Below, one piece after another: positions 23,622-36,508 of a DNA stretch of 64,000 nt. Below the pieces are notes generated by a model, which did not search any database, was not told where the DNA came from, and worked only from the letters and a program-made list of their open reading frames with translations. Made by a program: the position numbers and the translations under genes. The stretch's first letter is position 1, and every line of letters begins with the position of its first letter. This DNA comes from Massalongia carnosa (taxonomy: Eukaryota), in the NCBI GenBank assembly GCA_965645245.1, contig OZ287076.1:1116001-1180000 (forward strand), written 5' to 3'.

Positions 23622-25629
23622 CAGTGAACCCTGGCTATAACGAATCGATGATTCCATGAAAAAATTCGTTATAACCAGTTTTCGTTATAACCTTAATTTC
23701 TACGAAAACATCTCATTTTCTACCTAAAATAGCTGGTAATGGTCATCTGCTTTCTAGTATTGATTTCCCCATTTAGCATAACCTGCTCCGAAGCATTCAA
23801 ACGTTGAATCAGATCGATGTCGCCATCTTCCTGTTGCTCATGAAATGTACGTAGTATTCTCAAAGCTTGAATAGCTTCAGAGTATTTCACTGTAGGTTTG
23901 ACGATCTCATCTTCATCCGATTCTTCAATTTGACCCTCGGCGTATGCATCCACAATAGTATCAAGAATGTCATCATCATCATCATCCTCAATGATTTCTT
24001 CCGCGGGATTGAGACATCGTTCAATACTTATGACGTCTTGAATGCGATCATTCTTCTTCAACTGCTGCAATGTAGTGCTCATCTCTTTTACTAGTTGATT
24101 GTAGTCTTCCGTCTCTTGATCAACTGCCTTCGACCAACCCTTTTCTTTCGTCCAGCCCATTTTCTTCGCTTGCAATTGCGTAGTAGGTCCGTAATTTGCT
24201 GAGAATACCAAAGACTTAATCCAGCAGTTGACGATAGTAGCGGGTTTGACGTCATACTCCCAAGCAGTCATTGACCAACGAATAGCTTGCAAAATATGCA
24301 TGTTCTTAAAAGGATCTTTGTCCGCATCATACTGATCACATAAAAAGGCTAGCCATTTTCGCTTGTAGTGAGCCTTAAACGTCTTGATGATGCCTTGATC
24401 CAATGGTTGACAGATGCTTGTAGCATTGGCAGGAAGAAATATCACTTTAACGTTTGATTCAGGATTTGATTCTGAATACTGACGATAGCCAGCAACATGA
24501 GCTGAAATTCCATCGACTAGCAAGACTACTTTGCGATTTGTTTGACGACTAAACCATTGCAAATACTCTTGAAATAATACTCCCGTCATCCATGCCTTTC
24601 TATTGCTTCGCCATAGCATATTCAGGTTGCTAACGTTGATCCCCTCACGCGTAAAACAGCGAGGTGTTTTTGCCGTACCAATGAACAAAAGTGGAAGTTT
24701 ATGAGTGCCCGTTGCATTAACGCAAAAATTAACGGTTATTCTAGCTTTCTCAAGCTTCAATCCAGCAGATGAAGCTGTAGCCAACGTTCCATTCGGATTC
24801 ATCTTCCAATACAAGGCAGCCTCATCCATGTTGTATACATCGTCTTGATCGTACGGAGCCAACTTAATTCTCAAGTCCCTCAATTCTTCTTCCACTGTCT
24901 CCTTGTCAACTGATGCCGCTTCTCCATGTCGAATACGAAAGGAGATGGAATGACGAGCTTTAAAAGCATCTAGCCAACCGTTAGAAAATTTGGGCATTTC
25001 TTCATGAGAGTATTGAGGAAGTCTTGTCCAGATTTTCTTTGCCATCTCCTTCAATAACTCTCCCGTCACAGTCGCCTGCTTTGTCTGCATTCGTTGTTGC
25101 CATTCGAAAAGAGCCGCTTCAAGATCCGGCCAAAAAGAAGCTTTCAATCTTTTGATATCAGGTTGAAATGTGTATTTTCGAGAAAGAATATCCGATATTG
25201 TAGATTCCGAAGGTGTATGACCGAATTCAGCTTCAAACCAGACTTGAAGAGCTTTGCCGAAAGGTCTTTTAACGAAATTAGTCTGAACATACTGACGAAG
25301 CGCGTGTTTTTCTGCATCTGTGATAGGTCGACGACGTTTTTTGGAGGAAGAATTCATGATGAGTTGTTGGTTATTAAAAGGATATGTTATCTATCGATAG
25401 GATGCGCAGCATGTAGTACTACGTATCAAGAATTTTTATCAGCTAATCCTAAAAGGGTAATTGCCGAGGTCTAGTTATAGCGAATCACTAAGAAACTTTC
25501 TAAAATTGCTTACGAATTCGCAATAGGCCGACATTCGTTATTTTACATACAAGAATCGCTCATCCATGAAAAAAATTCGTTATAAGCCGAATTCGTTGGA
25601 AAAAGGTTCGTTTTAACCAGGGTTCACTG
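23622..25629 (-). mobile_element. Tigger/pogo-like (CENP-B family) DNA transposon (2008 bp), apparently intact
   Basis: TIRs CAGTGAACCCTGG(C/T)TA(T/A)AACGAA (23 bp, 2 mismatches). TA duplication at 23620-23621 and 25630-25631. Subterminal TTCGTTATAA repeats, with TCCATGAAAAAA(A)TTCGTTATAA near both ends. Confidence 0.95.
23720..25357 (-). CDS. Tigger/CENP-B-like DDE transposase (545 aa)
   Basis: Uninterrupted ORF with CENP-B-type HTH (DLEAALFEW, FSNGWLDAFKARH), catalytic motifs YNMDE, VLLVDG and QPLDQG, and an acidic tail ending KQMTITSYF. Confidence 0.93.
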   Translation of the reverse strand: MNSSSKKRRRPITDAEKHALRQYVQTNFVKRPFGKALQVWFEAEFGHTPSESTISDILSRKYTFQPDIKRLKASFWPDLEAALFEWQQRMQTKQATVTGELLKEMAKKIWTRLPQYSHEEMPKFSNGWLDAFKARHSISFRIRHGEAASVDKETVEEELRDLRIKLAPYDQDDVYNMDEAALYWKMNPNGTLATASSAGLKLEKARITVNFCVNATGTHKLPLLFIGTAKTPRCFTREGINVSNLNMLWRSNRKAWMTGVLFQEYLQWFSRQTNRKVVLLVDGISAHVAGYRQYSESNPESNVKVIFLPANATSICQPLDQGIIKTFKAHYKRKWLAFLCDQYDADKDPFKNMHILQAIRWSMTAWEYDVKPATIVNCWIKSLVFSANYGPTTQLQAKKMGWTKEKGWSKAVDQETEDYNQLVKEMSTTLQQLKKNDRIQDVISIERCLNPAEEIIEDDDDDDILDTIVDAYAEGQIEESDEDEIVKPTVKYSEAIQALRILRTFHEQQEDGDIDLIQRLNASEQVMLNGEINTRKQMTITSYFR

Positions 25630-28600
25630 TACAATGCCATGATTTTCGATCTTCTGGGACCAAGTTTGGAAGATCTTTTCAACTTTTGTAATCGCGAGTT
25701 CTCTCTAAAAACAGTTCTGATGCTCGCCGATCAGCTCATTTGTCGTCTTGAGTATATTCATTCCATGAATGTTATTCATCGAGACATCAAGCCAGAGAAC
25801 TTCTTGATGGGTATGGGAAAGCATGGTAATCAGGTTTATGTCACTGACTTGGGCCTTGCTACGGAACACCGTGCCGCTCAGATTAGGACCAACAGCTGTC
25901 GTCTTCGGGATGCAAGTTTGGTTGGCACAGCACGTTTTGCTAGCGTTAACGGTCATTTAGGAGTTGGTTAGTGCAACGTCCTTGACTCTTATTACCCGAA
26001 GATTGATGGCCTTTCAAGTGCAAAAGTTCTCCGATGATCTAGAATCTCTAGGATATATGCTTCTCTACTTTCTCAAGGGCTTTCTCCCGTGGCAAGGTCT
26101 CAAGGCTGAGGATGATCATCAAAAGGAGGAATTTATATTGGAGATGAAGAAGATGATCAGCACGAAAGACCTTTGCGAGAACCTACCATGGGAATTCGCG
26201 GCTTACTTTCATTATATTCGTTCTCCTGGCTTCGACGCAAACCCTCGGTATTCTTATCTGCGCAGAATATTTCTCTGTCTCTTCATACGTGAGGGTTTCG
26301 AGTATGATGATGTATACGATTGGACAATCCTCAAATATTGGATGATTAAACAATGAAGGAAGTTTCTGCAACGCGTGGATCCCAGGTCAGAAAGCCGTAA
26401 CGCTATTGCTGTTTGGTGGCAGAATAACGCGAAGCAAGTTTGACATCAGACGAAGGCAGTTGTTCATAAGGGATGCACAAGGCTTCAGTTTCTCAAGAAA
26501 AACGTAAAGACTGCAATTGGCTGTAGAAAGCCTGCACCCAGCAACGCCATGCAGTCTTTCGACCAGCCTTTTGTATTCACTGACGGTCGATCGAGACAGG
26601 AGCCGCATTATAGAACAAGCTTCGAGTTAAAGATTACCACCTGAAAGTATGTCGGCTTTCACTCTGGCGATTGCAGGCATCGGCAAGTGGCCATCAGGGG
26701 CTGAAGAGGGCTACCACAAACGTCTGAGACGAGCTAGTCAAAGCTTGTCTTGAGGTGCTCTGCGCTCAGGACATGACCTGATATTTTTGAGGTTGAAAAA
26801 CCAAAGTCAAGAAGATAGACATCAGAAGACTTTTTGGTTCACGATGTAGCGGCTGAGCAAAATATTATTTTGGCTGCAAAGCCTTTGATGGACGTGAAGT
26901 ATTTATGTATTTGAGGAAAAACTCGCTTTTCAGCTCCAAATATTGAATGGAGGAGTACTGGCTGGTGGAACAGCGGTCAATACTTCTCCCACCATTCCTC
27001 TCCACCCTTCCCTCCCTCCGGATATTGAAATGATTTGAGTTGGAAGCTGCCAAAACAGAATTATAATTTCCAGGCATTTACTACCTAGGAATAATCGTGT
27101 GTGGACAACCAAGAAAGGCAAGGGAACGCAGCAGAGAAGTCGATAGACATCCAGTCTATTCTTTTCATGTCCATCACCAAACCTTTATAAGAGATATAAC
27201 TAACACCCTTCATCATCATCATCACTACCTAATCTAACCCCCCCCCCCAAAAACCCTTAACTCCGCCTAAAGGAACCCCCCCCAAACCTCCCCCTCCTAA
27301 CCAACCAATCAACCCCTAACCCCTCCTCTCAGGAGTCCTAACCGCGCCAAACAGGTCTTTTAGATAAGACTTCCTCTCTAGGAAAGGAGGGGGATCAAAA
27401 GCCATGGCGAATAAGTAATCGGGCGAGCGATTGATTGGCCTGTATGTGGGACATGGTGCTTTGACAAGAGCGGGGTAGTTGGGAAATCAAATGGAATGGG
27501 AACTTTGTTTGTTTGGAGGAGTTTGGGGGGGAGGTAGTAGGAAGGGGTTGGTTTTCGGTCAATCTATCTATTCCTCCGTCTTGTTTTCATTACTTACTTG
27601 ATAGGAAGGGAGGAGGGGTGGAATGGTTGAGCAACTGAATCAGACCCATCATTCAACGACCCAAACCTAGGTTTCGTCTTCCGAGGCAAAATATGTCTTT
27701 CCTTGCTTGAGACTCCTAAATTCATTTGATAGTAGAGCTACGGAATGAAACGAGAGATAGCTGAAGTTGCCGCAATTTAAGTTAAACCTCGAGAGTGCGT
27801 ATATACAAATCTCCTCAAAATAACCCTCTCTTGCTTCCTTTAGCCACTATCTTGTCGGAGTTCTTGGCACCTACTTCTAACATCCTCTCGCCACTCCTCC
27901 GTTTGCATCTCTAGTCCACCAAGAGAGAGCGGCAAAAACAAGAAGCATAGGTATATTAAAAGGAGCCCCCCCCCCTCAAACAACCTTAAAGCTAAGCCAT
28001 TCGTCCCTCGGGGTAGGCCCCAAATACCCCTTTAAAAAAAAACTCCGCTCCCACCACGCGAATTGGGGAATATGATAAACAGTTTTGAGGGGATTGAAAA
28101 GTACCCTTGATAAGCCGAGAATAAAGAACAATGTAGAAGCGAAGATAATTGATCGAGGTAAGAAAAGAAGCAGACTCCTTTGCTGGCTGAGCGGCTTCGT
28201 GAGTCGAATAGGTAAGAAAGAAACTTCGGCAGTAGAGCCTAGCCTATAAGAAGAGAAACTAGATGCGTAGGAATTTCGAGGCTACCCCTACTGATTACCG
28301 GAAGAAGATCTTTTTGTTGAGCTGAAAGGCGTCCGAAAGAAAAATGTTAGATAGAACGGTTGTTCACCGATATCCTTTTTCTTCTCTTTCGACATGAAAA
28401 GAGTACACGTTAAGTCGGAGAAAGCCGTTGCGAACATTATTAAGGGGGTAAAATTGGACACCATTTCTGGAGCATTGTCGGTGAATTTGAGGGGTTCGGT
28501 CTTACATACAGAGAGAGGCTAGACGGTGGATGACGCGGTGTTGGATTCGCAAAGCCGATTCAAAGCATAAGGCATTTCCCACTCGTCAGCAAGAAAGCAG

Positions 28601-28681
28601 CTGATGATCGAAGCTACAGATATCGATCCGCAAGCATAGGAAATGAAGGAATCCTAGCTTTAAGAAAAGCTCAATAACCAA

Positions 28682-30879
28682 CTAAACTTCTTCCGTAAAC
28701 CGGGAGCCCCGAGAGCCGTCAAAGCTGGGATGACTTCGTCCTAGCTCATCTGTGGGACGATTTACAGGTGATGCCGCGATTGGCAGAGCTCGAGGAGGAG
28801 GTGTACTTCGGGGAGGCCGTGGGGCATTCCGCAGGGGAGTAAAGCTGGGCTGATTCGTCACCGGAGTGCGAGCTGGACCGGGCCGCATAACTGCGACCTC
28901 ACTGTTGCCACGACTTGAACTCTGCACGCTTTCGGGAGGAAGACCTGCACCGACGGGCGGGATAACGGTGGGAGACGGAGCCTGTGGTGAACCAGGTCCG
29001 ACCAGCATCGATGATTGTGTAGATCCCCGATCAATCTCGGTACCTCCGTAAAACCCTTGCGAGTCCCAGTAAAAGGACGAGCCGGAAAGGGTTCCTTGTT
29101 CAGATGGGCCGGGACTATAACCAAAACTAGAATTATGGGGAGCACCGGCCCCCAAAGCGCCAGCAGCGGAGGGATGCCCTGGTTCACCATAGCCATCGCC
29201 TCGGGACGAAAGAACCGATTCTAATTTGCGCCCACCAAAATTCTGGAAGCCACGTTCACTCGGTCCGGTATCGGAGGTCGCCGCGGTTTGACCAGAATCC
29301 GGGCGCAATCGCTTGAAGAAGCCAGCGCCAGCCAATGGTACCACGCTTGATCTTTCAGTTATGGTAGTGCCTTGATCGGCGCTACTTGACGGCAGCGCTG
29401 GAGGGATCGGTGGAGATGTAGGTCTTCGGCTTGGTAGCCGACTCCATCGCCGACGAATGAGGAAGAGAGCGAGGATGAGGAGGATGCTTAAGCCTGCAAG
29501 TCCGCCTACAACGCCACCCACGACGATTGGCGTGAAAGGCGCAGCGCCACCACCGGATCCATTATTCGTACCGACTGCCGTGGAAGATGTCGCTGGGTTG
29601 CCGTTGCTATTGCTGCTTCCACCACCAGAACCTCCTCCCGTCACAGAGATCACCCCAGAGGTGATGGTTGTGCTTGATAGCAGTGTTTGAGACGAAAGGG
29701 AAGAAGTTAAGATTATGAATGAAGACGGAGTCAAGGTGCTACGGCTCGACGCTGAAAGAGAATTCGTAGGCGCACTCGATGATGTTTTGGTCCTTCGAGA
29801 ACTAGTGCGGGATAACGAGTGTGATTTCGTGGATGTAGTACTAGTACGCGTAACGTTGTGGGTACTTGTTCCCGTACGGAGTGTGGTTGGCCGAGTGGAG
29901 GTTATGCTTAGTTGCGAAGAGGAAAGAGCTGGTGTACAAACTTAGTGAATGGCGAGGCAGCGGAATATATCTATTTACCTGAAGTGCTAAAGTTTCCGAC
30001 GCTTGGCATTGAACGGGTCCTCGAATCTGGCGTCGGTTGAGATATCCCGAGAGGGAGAGTCGAAATGGTACTGGACTGTAAGGGCGTTGCGGCTGAGGAT
30101 GGAAAAATGGAAGTAGAATCGCTGCTGGAGGCCCATGAGCCAGCAACGCTAGATGCCAAGGGTGATGATGGCGACGGCGAAAACACCGTCTGAGAACTCA
30201 GGCCTTGGAGGTTAAGGCTAACTGATGTTGGATTTGCCGATGCGGTGCTGCTGGCAACGCTACTCCCCGAATAATCCTGGGGTTTTGCTAGTTGCCATGA
30301 TGCTGACGACTGAGAGAGAGGCAAGGACAGTGAAGATGGCGCTGACACCTGGGTTGATGGAGGTGCATGCGAGTATGGAGGCAGTATAATGGATTGGGAA
30401 GCCACCAAAGGCGTAACAGGCAACATGGGCGACAGACGTGAGGGGTTTGCTGAGTTGCCATTGAAAGTCGAAGAACCAAATCCTGGAAGTGAAAATGCAC
30501 TGGCTGTTGCCGGAACATACAGTTTGGTAAGGGTCGCATCTCTACTGTGAACGATGACTCGAACGACTGAAACGATAGGTGTGTTGGGCGCGTCTGTACT
30601 CTCTTGTTGGGGTGGATCTCGAGGCTGGAGCACTGAACGTCGAAAGTACCCGGAGATCAACGCTTCAGGAGATACCTTGGGTCGATTGATAAGTGAACCG
30701 ATGGCACTCGAAGCATCCGATTGCATATGAGCTTGCGGTATTTGTTCCCTCTCAGGATCATTTTCTATGATCCGTTCGGAGGAGTACCATGTAGCCTCGG
30801 AGACGCCTGCGGTGTTGATGGCGTTGGTTATGGTATCAGCGCTGCTCATTACCCTACGCCGCTTGAAAGGCTGTTCCAT
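28682..30879 (-). CDS. Ser/Thr-rich single-pass membrane protein (mucin/Mid2-like architecture)
   Basis: Two exons joined by a 50-bp GT-AG intron (29978-29929). Long S/T-rich region, a TM segment IVVGGVVGGLAGLSILLILALFLI followed by RRR, and a cytoplasmic tail ending DGSRGSRFTEEV. The start codon is uncertain. Confidence 0.75.
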
Positions 30880-31522
30880 CAGACCTTTCTGCCTTGGCTT
30901 TATCACAAGAAATTGCGCTTTAACTATTATGCTGATGGTCGCAGAGCTAGAGGAGCGTTTTCAACTGACGACTGGAACGATCCAGCGAGGCAATTCAGTG
31001 AACAACGATGCAAATAGTAGATAGAATCCCTGGCTAGTAATATCTGGTGAGTAATGTTATATGCTTTCGTGGGTTGTATGTGCGTATGATCGAACGAAGG
31101 TTGGGGTTGGGGGGGGCGTCTTTGAGCGGACGTATCGCTTGTGCGATCGAAGATCGGCTTCGACGGTGTTAGATGTTACTTTGTTGCATATAATTTTGGA
31201 ATGAGTGGATGCCGTCCAAAGACTGGCACGAGTTAGATGGTCCAGGGCCTGCACGACTTGAATCAGAACGACACCTTCATTACTCGGGATGCTCTGATCG
31301 TAACATACCTGTCCTTTACACCTGCATTGCAGCAACAAGACCTTCGACCAGAGTGAAAGCACTGTCACTCAACATTAAGAGTGTTTTTCGATGTTGTTGG
31401 CGTCCGGTTGTCGAGGTTGATTGAACTGCCATCCGAGGTGACTTGAGGTTATAACTTGCGTCACGCTCTCCTTCATAATCTCCTCGTCGCAGACCTCTGC
31501 AGCGCACAGCTTGTTTGCAATT

Positions 31523-31557
31523 CTCTGCCTCTGCCTCTGCCTCTGCCTCTGCCTCTG
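31523..31557. repeat. (CTCTGC)n hexanucleotide microsatellite, ~5.8 units
   Basis: Direct reading of the sequence. Confidence 0.9.
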
Positions 31558-32946
31558 TACCAGCGACAGCGAGGCAGGAGTCAATGACACGGGGATGGCA
31601 CAGCCGACAATGGAAAGGAGGAGTGAGAAACATAAGGTATTCTGTACCGGGTTGCGAACAAGCGGCTCACCTTCAGATTGCATTGTATCCGGCGCTAACG
31701 CCATATGGACTAAAGGATGGATGTGACTGGGAAGGCCAAAATAGGCTAACTTTGGAATTGCGACATGACATACCTTGTCGTGTACTGTGTTACGAGTATT
31801 CCGTACATACGGAGTACGGAGTACCTGGGTGTGAATACACGCAGCGAATCACGAGCGAGCACGAAAACAGATTGAATCCACCTCGAACATCCAATCCGGT
31901 GCTCGGATGGACGTGTTGGATCAATCAAGGAATTCCATCTCAGCTGATCTAATGTTGGATGAGAGTCTTCGCGGATCTTACTGAGTAGTGACTCTTGTGC
32001 TAAAGTATCCTAAAGTATCACATCTTACCAGCAATTTACAATGCCATTCCACCGGCTTCAGAACCGATGGGGTTATTTAATATCCGAACACGGAGGACCA
32101 GTAGAACAGGGCAAAGGTGTCCTACGTCCAAGAGTTGAACATCCACTGGGAATGAAGGAGAATGGCGTGCATGTACTTCGTACTCTGCACCTTCCGAGCA
32201 CCTTCCGAGCTTATGCACCTTGAATCATGTACCTTGCGTGCGGGGCTTGGCGTTTAATCTTAAATGTCGGACAGTCGGCGGGATGCTCGACTCAAGCGTC
32301 TTGATTGGACAGCGGGCCAAAGGCCAGTCTCTGTTTCTGACAGGACATACCGGTACTCTCGTGACTCTGTACTTCGTATTGGGTACTCTGTACTCTATAC
32401 TCCATACTTCTGTACATACTGACACCACATTGAAACTGTCTTGCCCTAGGGCGCATATCATAAACACGATTGATCGTTGACTTTGAAACAAGACCGCCGC
32501 CTGACCATCGATCCTGCCAATTCTACAGATCATGACTTGTCGTGTCATGGTGTCATGTCATCAGCTAACTAAGCCCAGTAAAGAGGGACAGGGACAGGAG
32601 GAAATAAAGGCTTCAGGCGCAGCTAGCTCACTAGGTAAGTACATGCGCCTAGTTCAAAGCTCCAGACTGTACTCCGTACTCTGTAGTTCAAACACCCCCG
32701 TCTGGGCGGTCCGCGGCGGGAGGAACAACGGCTCCTAGCGACGGAGTATTGACGACCGATGACCCCCACTCAGTGCAGAGTTGTCTAGTCTTCACTTGCC
32801 TACAGAGTACATGGGCGGTAACCATCATGGTTCCCTATTAATCTTTGGCTCCACCCGTATTCGGTCGGGCGGTCAGCAGAGAGAAACATAGGTTAAAACT
32901 GCTGAATTCGAAGAATGGATTGACCATGGAACAGCCGTGAGATTCA

Positions 32947-35636
32947 TCATTTCTTCCCTAGTTTAGCTTTGCAGTCCGGGCAATACCACTTGGTTCGTCG
33001 CCCAGGCGGCTCCTGTAGGCCTACACACTCGAGGTGAAACCATTCTCGTTCGCACTGTAGCAGAATACCCCTTATTAGCCCTATATACGGCGAAGGGAGC
33101 ACCAAAAAGCATCGTAAAGCTCGGCATAGAGTAGACTTACTTCCGTGTTCTCGCAACATATCATGGTCCCAAAACTGACATCGCCACATACGCAATACCG
33201 AGGCTCATCGGGATCGATGTCTTCCCCAGCAGCTTCCTCCTCTGTTTTAGCCTCCTCCTCCTTTTCTTTCGCGTGGCCCGCGTGCTCGGCTTGCTTCCTC
33301 GCATGCGCGGCAGCCGCACTCCCGCGTTTTCTAGGGGCATTCTTTCGCCGGCCCTCACTTACTGCTGCTCCTCCGTCCTGACTGTTGGTCACCGGCCCTG
33401 GCGCCGGACGTTTGCTTCGTCTACCAGCAGCTGTGATAATTGGTACATATGCTGTAGCTGGTGTGGCGCTCCTGCGGCGAAGGTGCTCGCGGCCGATGGT
33501 GGCCGATGGTGGACCGGCAGTGGAGCCGCGCCGGGAAGCAGGCCGAGAACTTGGATGAGAGCGAGTTGGGGGCTGGTCAGTTGGGGGAGCGGGGCCTTTC
33601 AAGGTCAAAGACAAGCGACGCGAGCGTGTAGAGGGCGCGCTTGACTTATATACGTCAGTAGGAGACTTGAGCGGTAAACTAGGCGTAATCGGTACTGGTG
33701 GCGAAGGAGCGGCAGGGGCAAGCGGAATACTGGAAGTTTTCGTGCCTGACGGTATATCTAGAGGCGCAGGATGAGACTGCACTGCCCTGCGTCTCTTTGA
33801 CGGTGACTTCGTTGGTGAGTTACTAGACTCGACTGCTGATGGGGGTGCCTCAGTCTGTGGGGTGGCCTCCCGCTTACGCTTCTTTACAGAAGCTTTGAGG
33901 CTTTCTGTCTCTGACTCTCTTTCGTCTGCGTTCTGCCCCTCCCCTTTGTTCTCCTCATTTTCCTTCTCGAGATCCAACTTCTGTTGTTCATCTTTCGCTA
34001 TTTGCCGCACCCTTTCTAACTCCTTGGCCCTTTCCATCTGCTGCTCTCTTTCCTTTTCTAGCTCCAGCTCCCTTTCTCGCTCCCTTTTTTTCTCCTGCTC
34101 CCTCGCTTTTTCCTGCCTTCGCTCTATTTCCTTTAGCTTCTCTCTCTCCCTCTCCCTGTCTTTTTCTCGTTCTCTTTCTTTCTGCTTTTCTTTTTCCCTT
34201 TCTTTCTCTCGTTCTCTCTCTTTCTTTCTCTCTTTGTCTTTGTCAAACTCTCTTGCTGACTGATTCGCTATTGCAGCAGGAGGAAGATTGAGCCCTTCGG
34301 CAGGTTTAGCAAATAGACTCTTGAAGGTGCTGCCAATATCACCCAGCCTCTTTGCTGCTTGTTCAGCTTCTGCAGCCGCCAACGCAGCTTGCTCCCTTGC
34401 TATAATTTCTCTCTTAAGTTTTTTAGCCTCATTTAGCTTCATTCCCCTGTTACTGAGCTGAGTCTCTTCGAGCCCCAAGGAATCTGCACTTATCTCTCCG
34501 GGTGCCAGTGGCTTTCCAGGAGCCGTAGTGGCAATCTTGTCCTCATCAATAAATTCCTCCCCTAATGCATCTGCCTTAGCCTTGGAGCTTCGATAATTTT
34601 CAGGACCTCGACCTGCGTCAGATAGCTCACGTCTAATCATCGTCTCGCTAGGGGACCATATTGCATTCTTCTTCATTCTCTTCCGCAGTTTTGCCATTTC
34701 CCACTCTGTCAGACGCATCCACGGAGCATGCTCGCTGCCTGGCTTGGCATCAGGAGGCGGTGGAGAAAGGAGCGAAAGAGCGTTACTGGTAGATATGCCA
34801 GCAACCGCGCTATGAACATTAGTTCCCATTGCACCAGGTGGTCTTGGTGGTCGAGACCCCTTTGCCGCATTTATCCTTGGCATGTTCGGGATTTTCGAGA
34901 TTCGTACCCGAGGAGGCTTAATGGATCGGCTGCGAGATGTCGCTCCGACACGAGAAGTTGCTAAAGGCGCTGGCGAAGAAGGCCCAAATTCATGCTCTGA
35001 ATCTGTGACCGGAGGTGAAGACTCAGGGTTTGGCGGTGGGAGCACTTCACCCGGTATAGTAATTTTCGGGTTGCGACAACGTGGTCTGGCAGTACTCCTT
35101 GCAGCCGACCCCGTAGCTCGGGGACCTTCGAGCCGAAGCCTAATGCGTGGAGGCGGAGTTCCATCATGTCCGTCTTTCACTATTGCCTTCGCGCGGTTTA
35201 TCTGGGGCGATCGTGCTTGAGGCACTGGCGTAGGGTCTCTGGATGGCGGCTTAGGTAAAGCGTGTAGCTTTGAGATTATGCTGGTTAGGCGATTGTAATG
35301 GCGATCAACCATATCATAGAGACGCGAGGCCTCGGCATATGACGACTCGCGGGCACTGATGGCAAAGTCAAGGCTTTGTGAGATTTGCTGGCGTAGAGCT
35401 TGCGGGCTCGGCCGATTTGCGGAAGATGCATTTGGTAGAGAAGCATAAGCCGCAGACAGCTGATGCACCTCATCTGCCGATGAAAGGTAGAGTTCATCTA
35501 ATTTTTTAACCAAGGTGAGGGATCGAATGAGATCCGACGGAAGGTATTCAGTATAATCCAGGAAATCAGTGACAGTTGCTTGAGCGTCAGGATCAGGAGG
35601 GAGATCATTTGCGATAATGTGAAGTTGTTTCGCCAT
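32947..35636 (-). CDS. ING-family N-terminal domain plus C-terminal PHD finger chromatin protein
   Basis: N-terminal DFLDYTEYLPSDLIRSLTL and a central E/K/R-rich tract. PHD finger YCVCGDVSFGTMICCEN|CEREWFHLECVGL...KWYCPDC is split by an intron at ~33140-33056. Confidence 0.88.
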
Positions 35637-36508
35637 ACTTGCTAGCAGAGTAGGTAACGTATCGAAGTATCACGCGCAGCAATCTCTTACTATCAGGATG
35701 ATTGTGTTAGCGTCTCGCAAGTTGACTGGCTGTAAGAAGAAGGTGGTTGCAAGCTTGAGTTGAGTTGAGTTGAAGCTGAAGAAGACGCTCAGGTCCCACT
35801 TAAAATCGGTGGGCGGAACGATTTCATCCGTGCTTTCCACTTCCGAGTTGATCACGATATAGTTACCTTAGATATAAACACATTTGCTATCAAATGAAAT
35901 CTGAGTTTCTGATACGTGAGGTAGACTAAGGATATAGTTTCTGAAAACTGTTGATAATGTGGTTCCCTCAACGTGTTCGTAAATGTACTCTACATTTCAG
36001 GGCGGTCCCATGGCACGGAGTATTTACTGGGGGCAGCAATGTTGTTGTCATCTAAAACGTTCTACAAAGATCTCCGTCACCCGTAACATCCTAAGTTCGG
36101 CCTGATTGTCTTCTCAGTGAATTCGGCTGTAACGTTGATCCATACACTGTATGACTTGTATTGATAATGTATGTCCTCACTTGACATGTGGAAGAAGATG
36201 TCTTTAAACAAGTCATATCTACCATTCGAGCCTAGACATAAAATATCTTCTGGTCGTCTAATACTCCGCCAAAGAGAGGCAGGAGCAACGAGGGAGTAGG
36301 AATAAGCACTTTACAACGCGAAGGATCTGCTTATGCATGTCTCTGTTGAATATCCTACGTCGTTTCACTCTCTTTACTTAGGTTCATCCTCATCTAATCT
36401 TTCCTACCACACTTCACTCAAGTACCTTTTGAGCTGCCTAAGCTACTGTTGCACCTAAAGTACAGTTATACGAACCAGACGGCTTTCAGTCCGGTTCCAC
36501 TGCTTCAA

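Larger units (their letters stand above)
23237..26356 (+). pseudogene. Divergent casein kinase I (Hrr25-like) paralogue interrupted by a transposon
   Basis: Reads MKTL|DIRVAGKYRLQRRIGGGSFGAVYI..EVAIKLE..GIPRV..ECEY^[69 protein letters not shown]. Removing 23622-25631 restores the frame. The start codon is approximate. Confidence 0.9.

Noticed and set aside
16300..28600. Whole accessory stretch as one large mobile element (e.g. Starship)
   Set aside because: No tyrosine-recombinase captain gene and no bounding direct or inverted repeats were found.
33862..34263. Plus-strand Ser/Leu/Phe-rich ORF
   Set aside because: It is the antisense of the E/K/R-rich tract of the ING/PHD gene.
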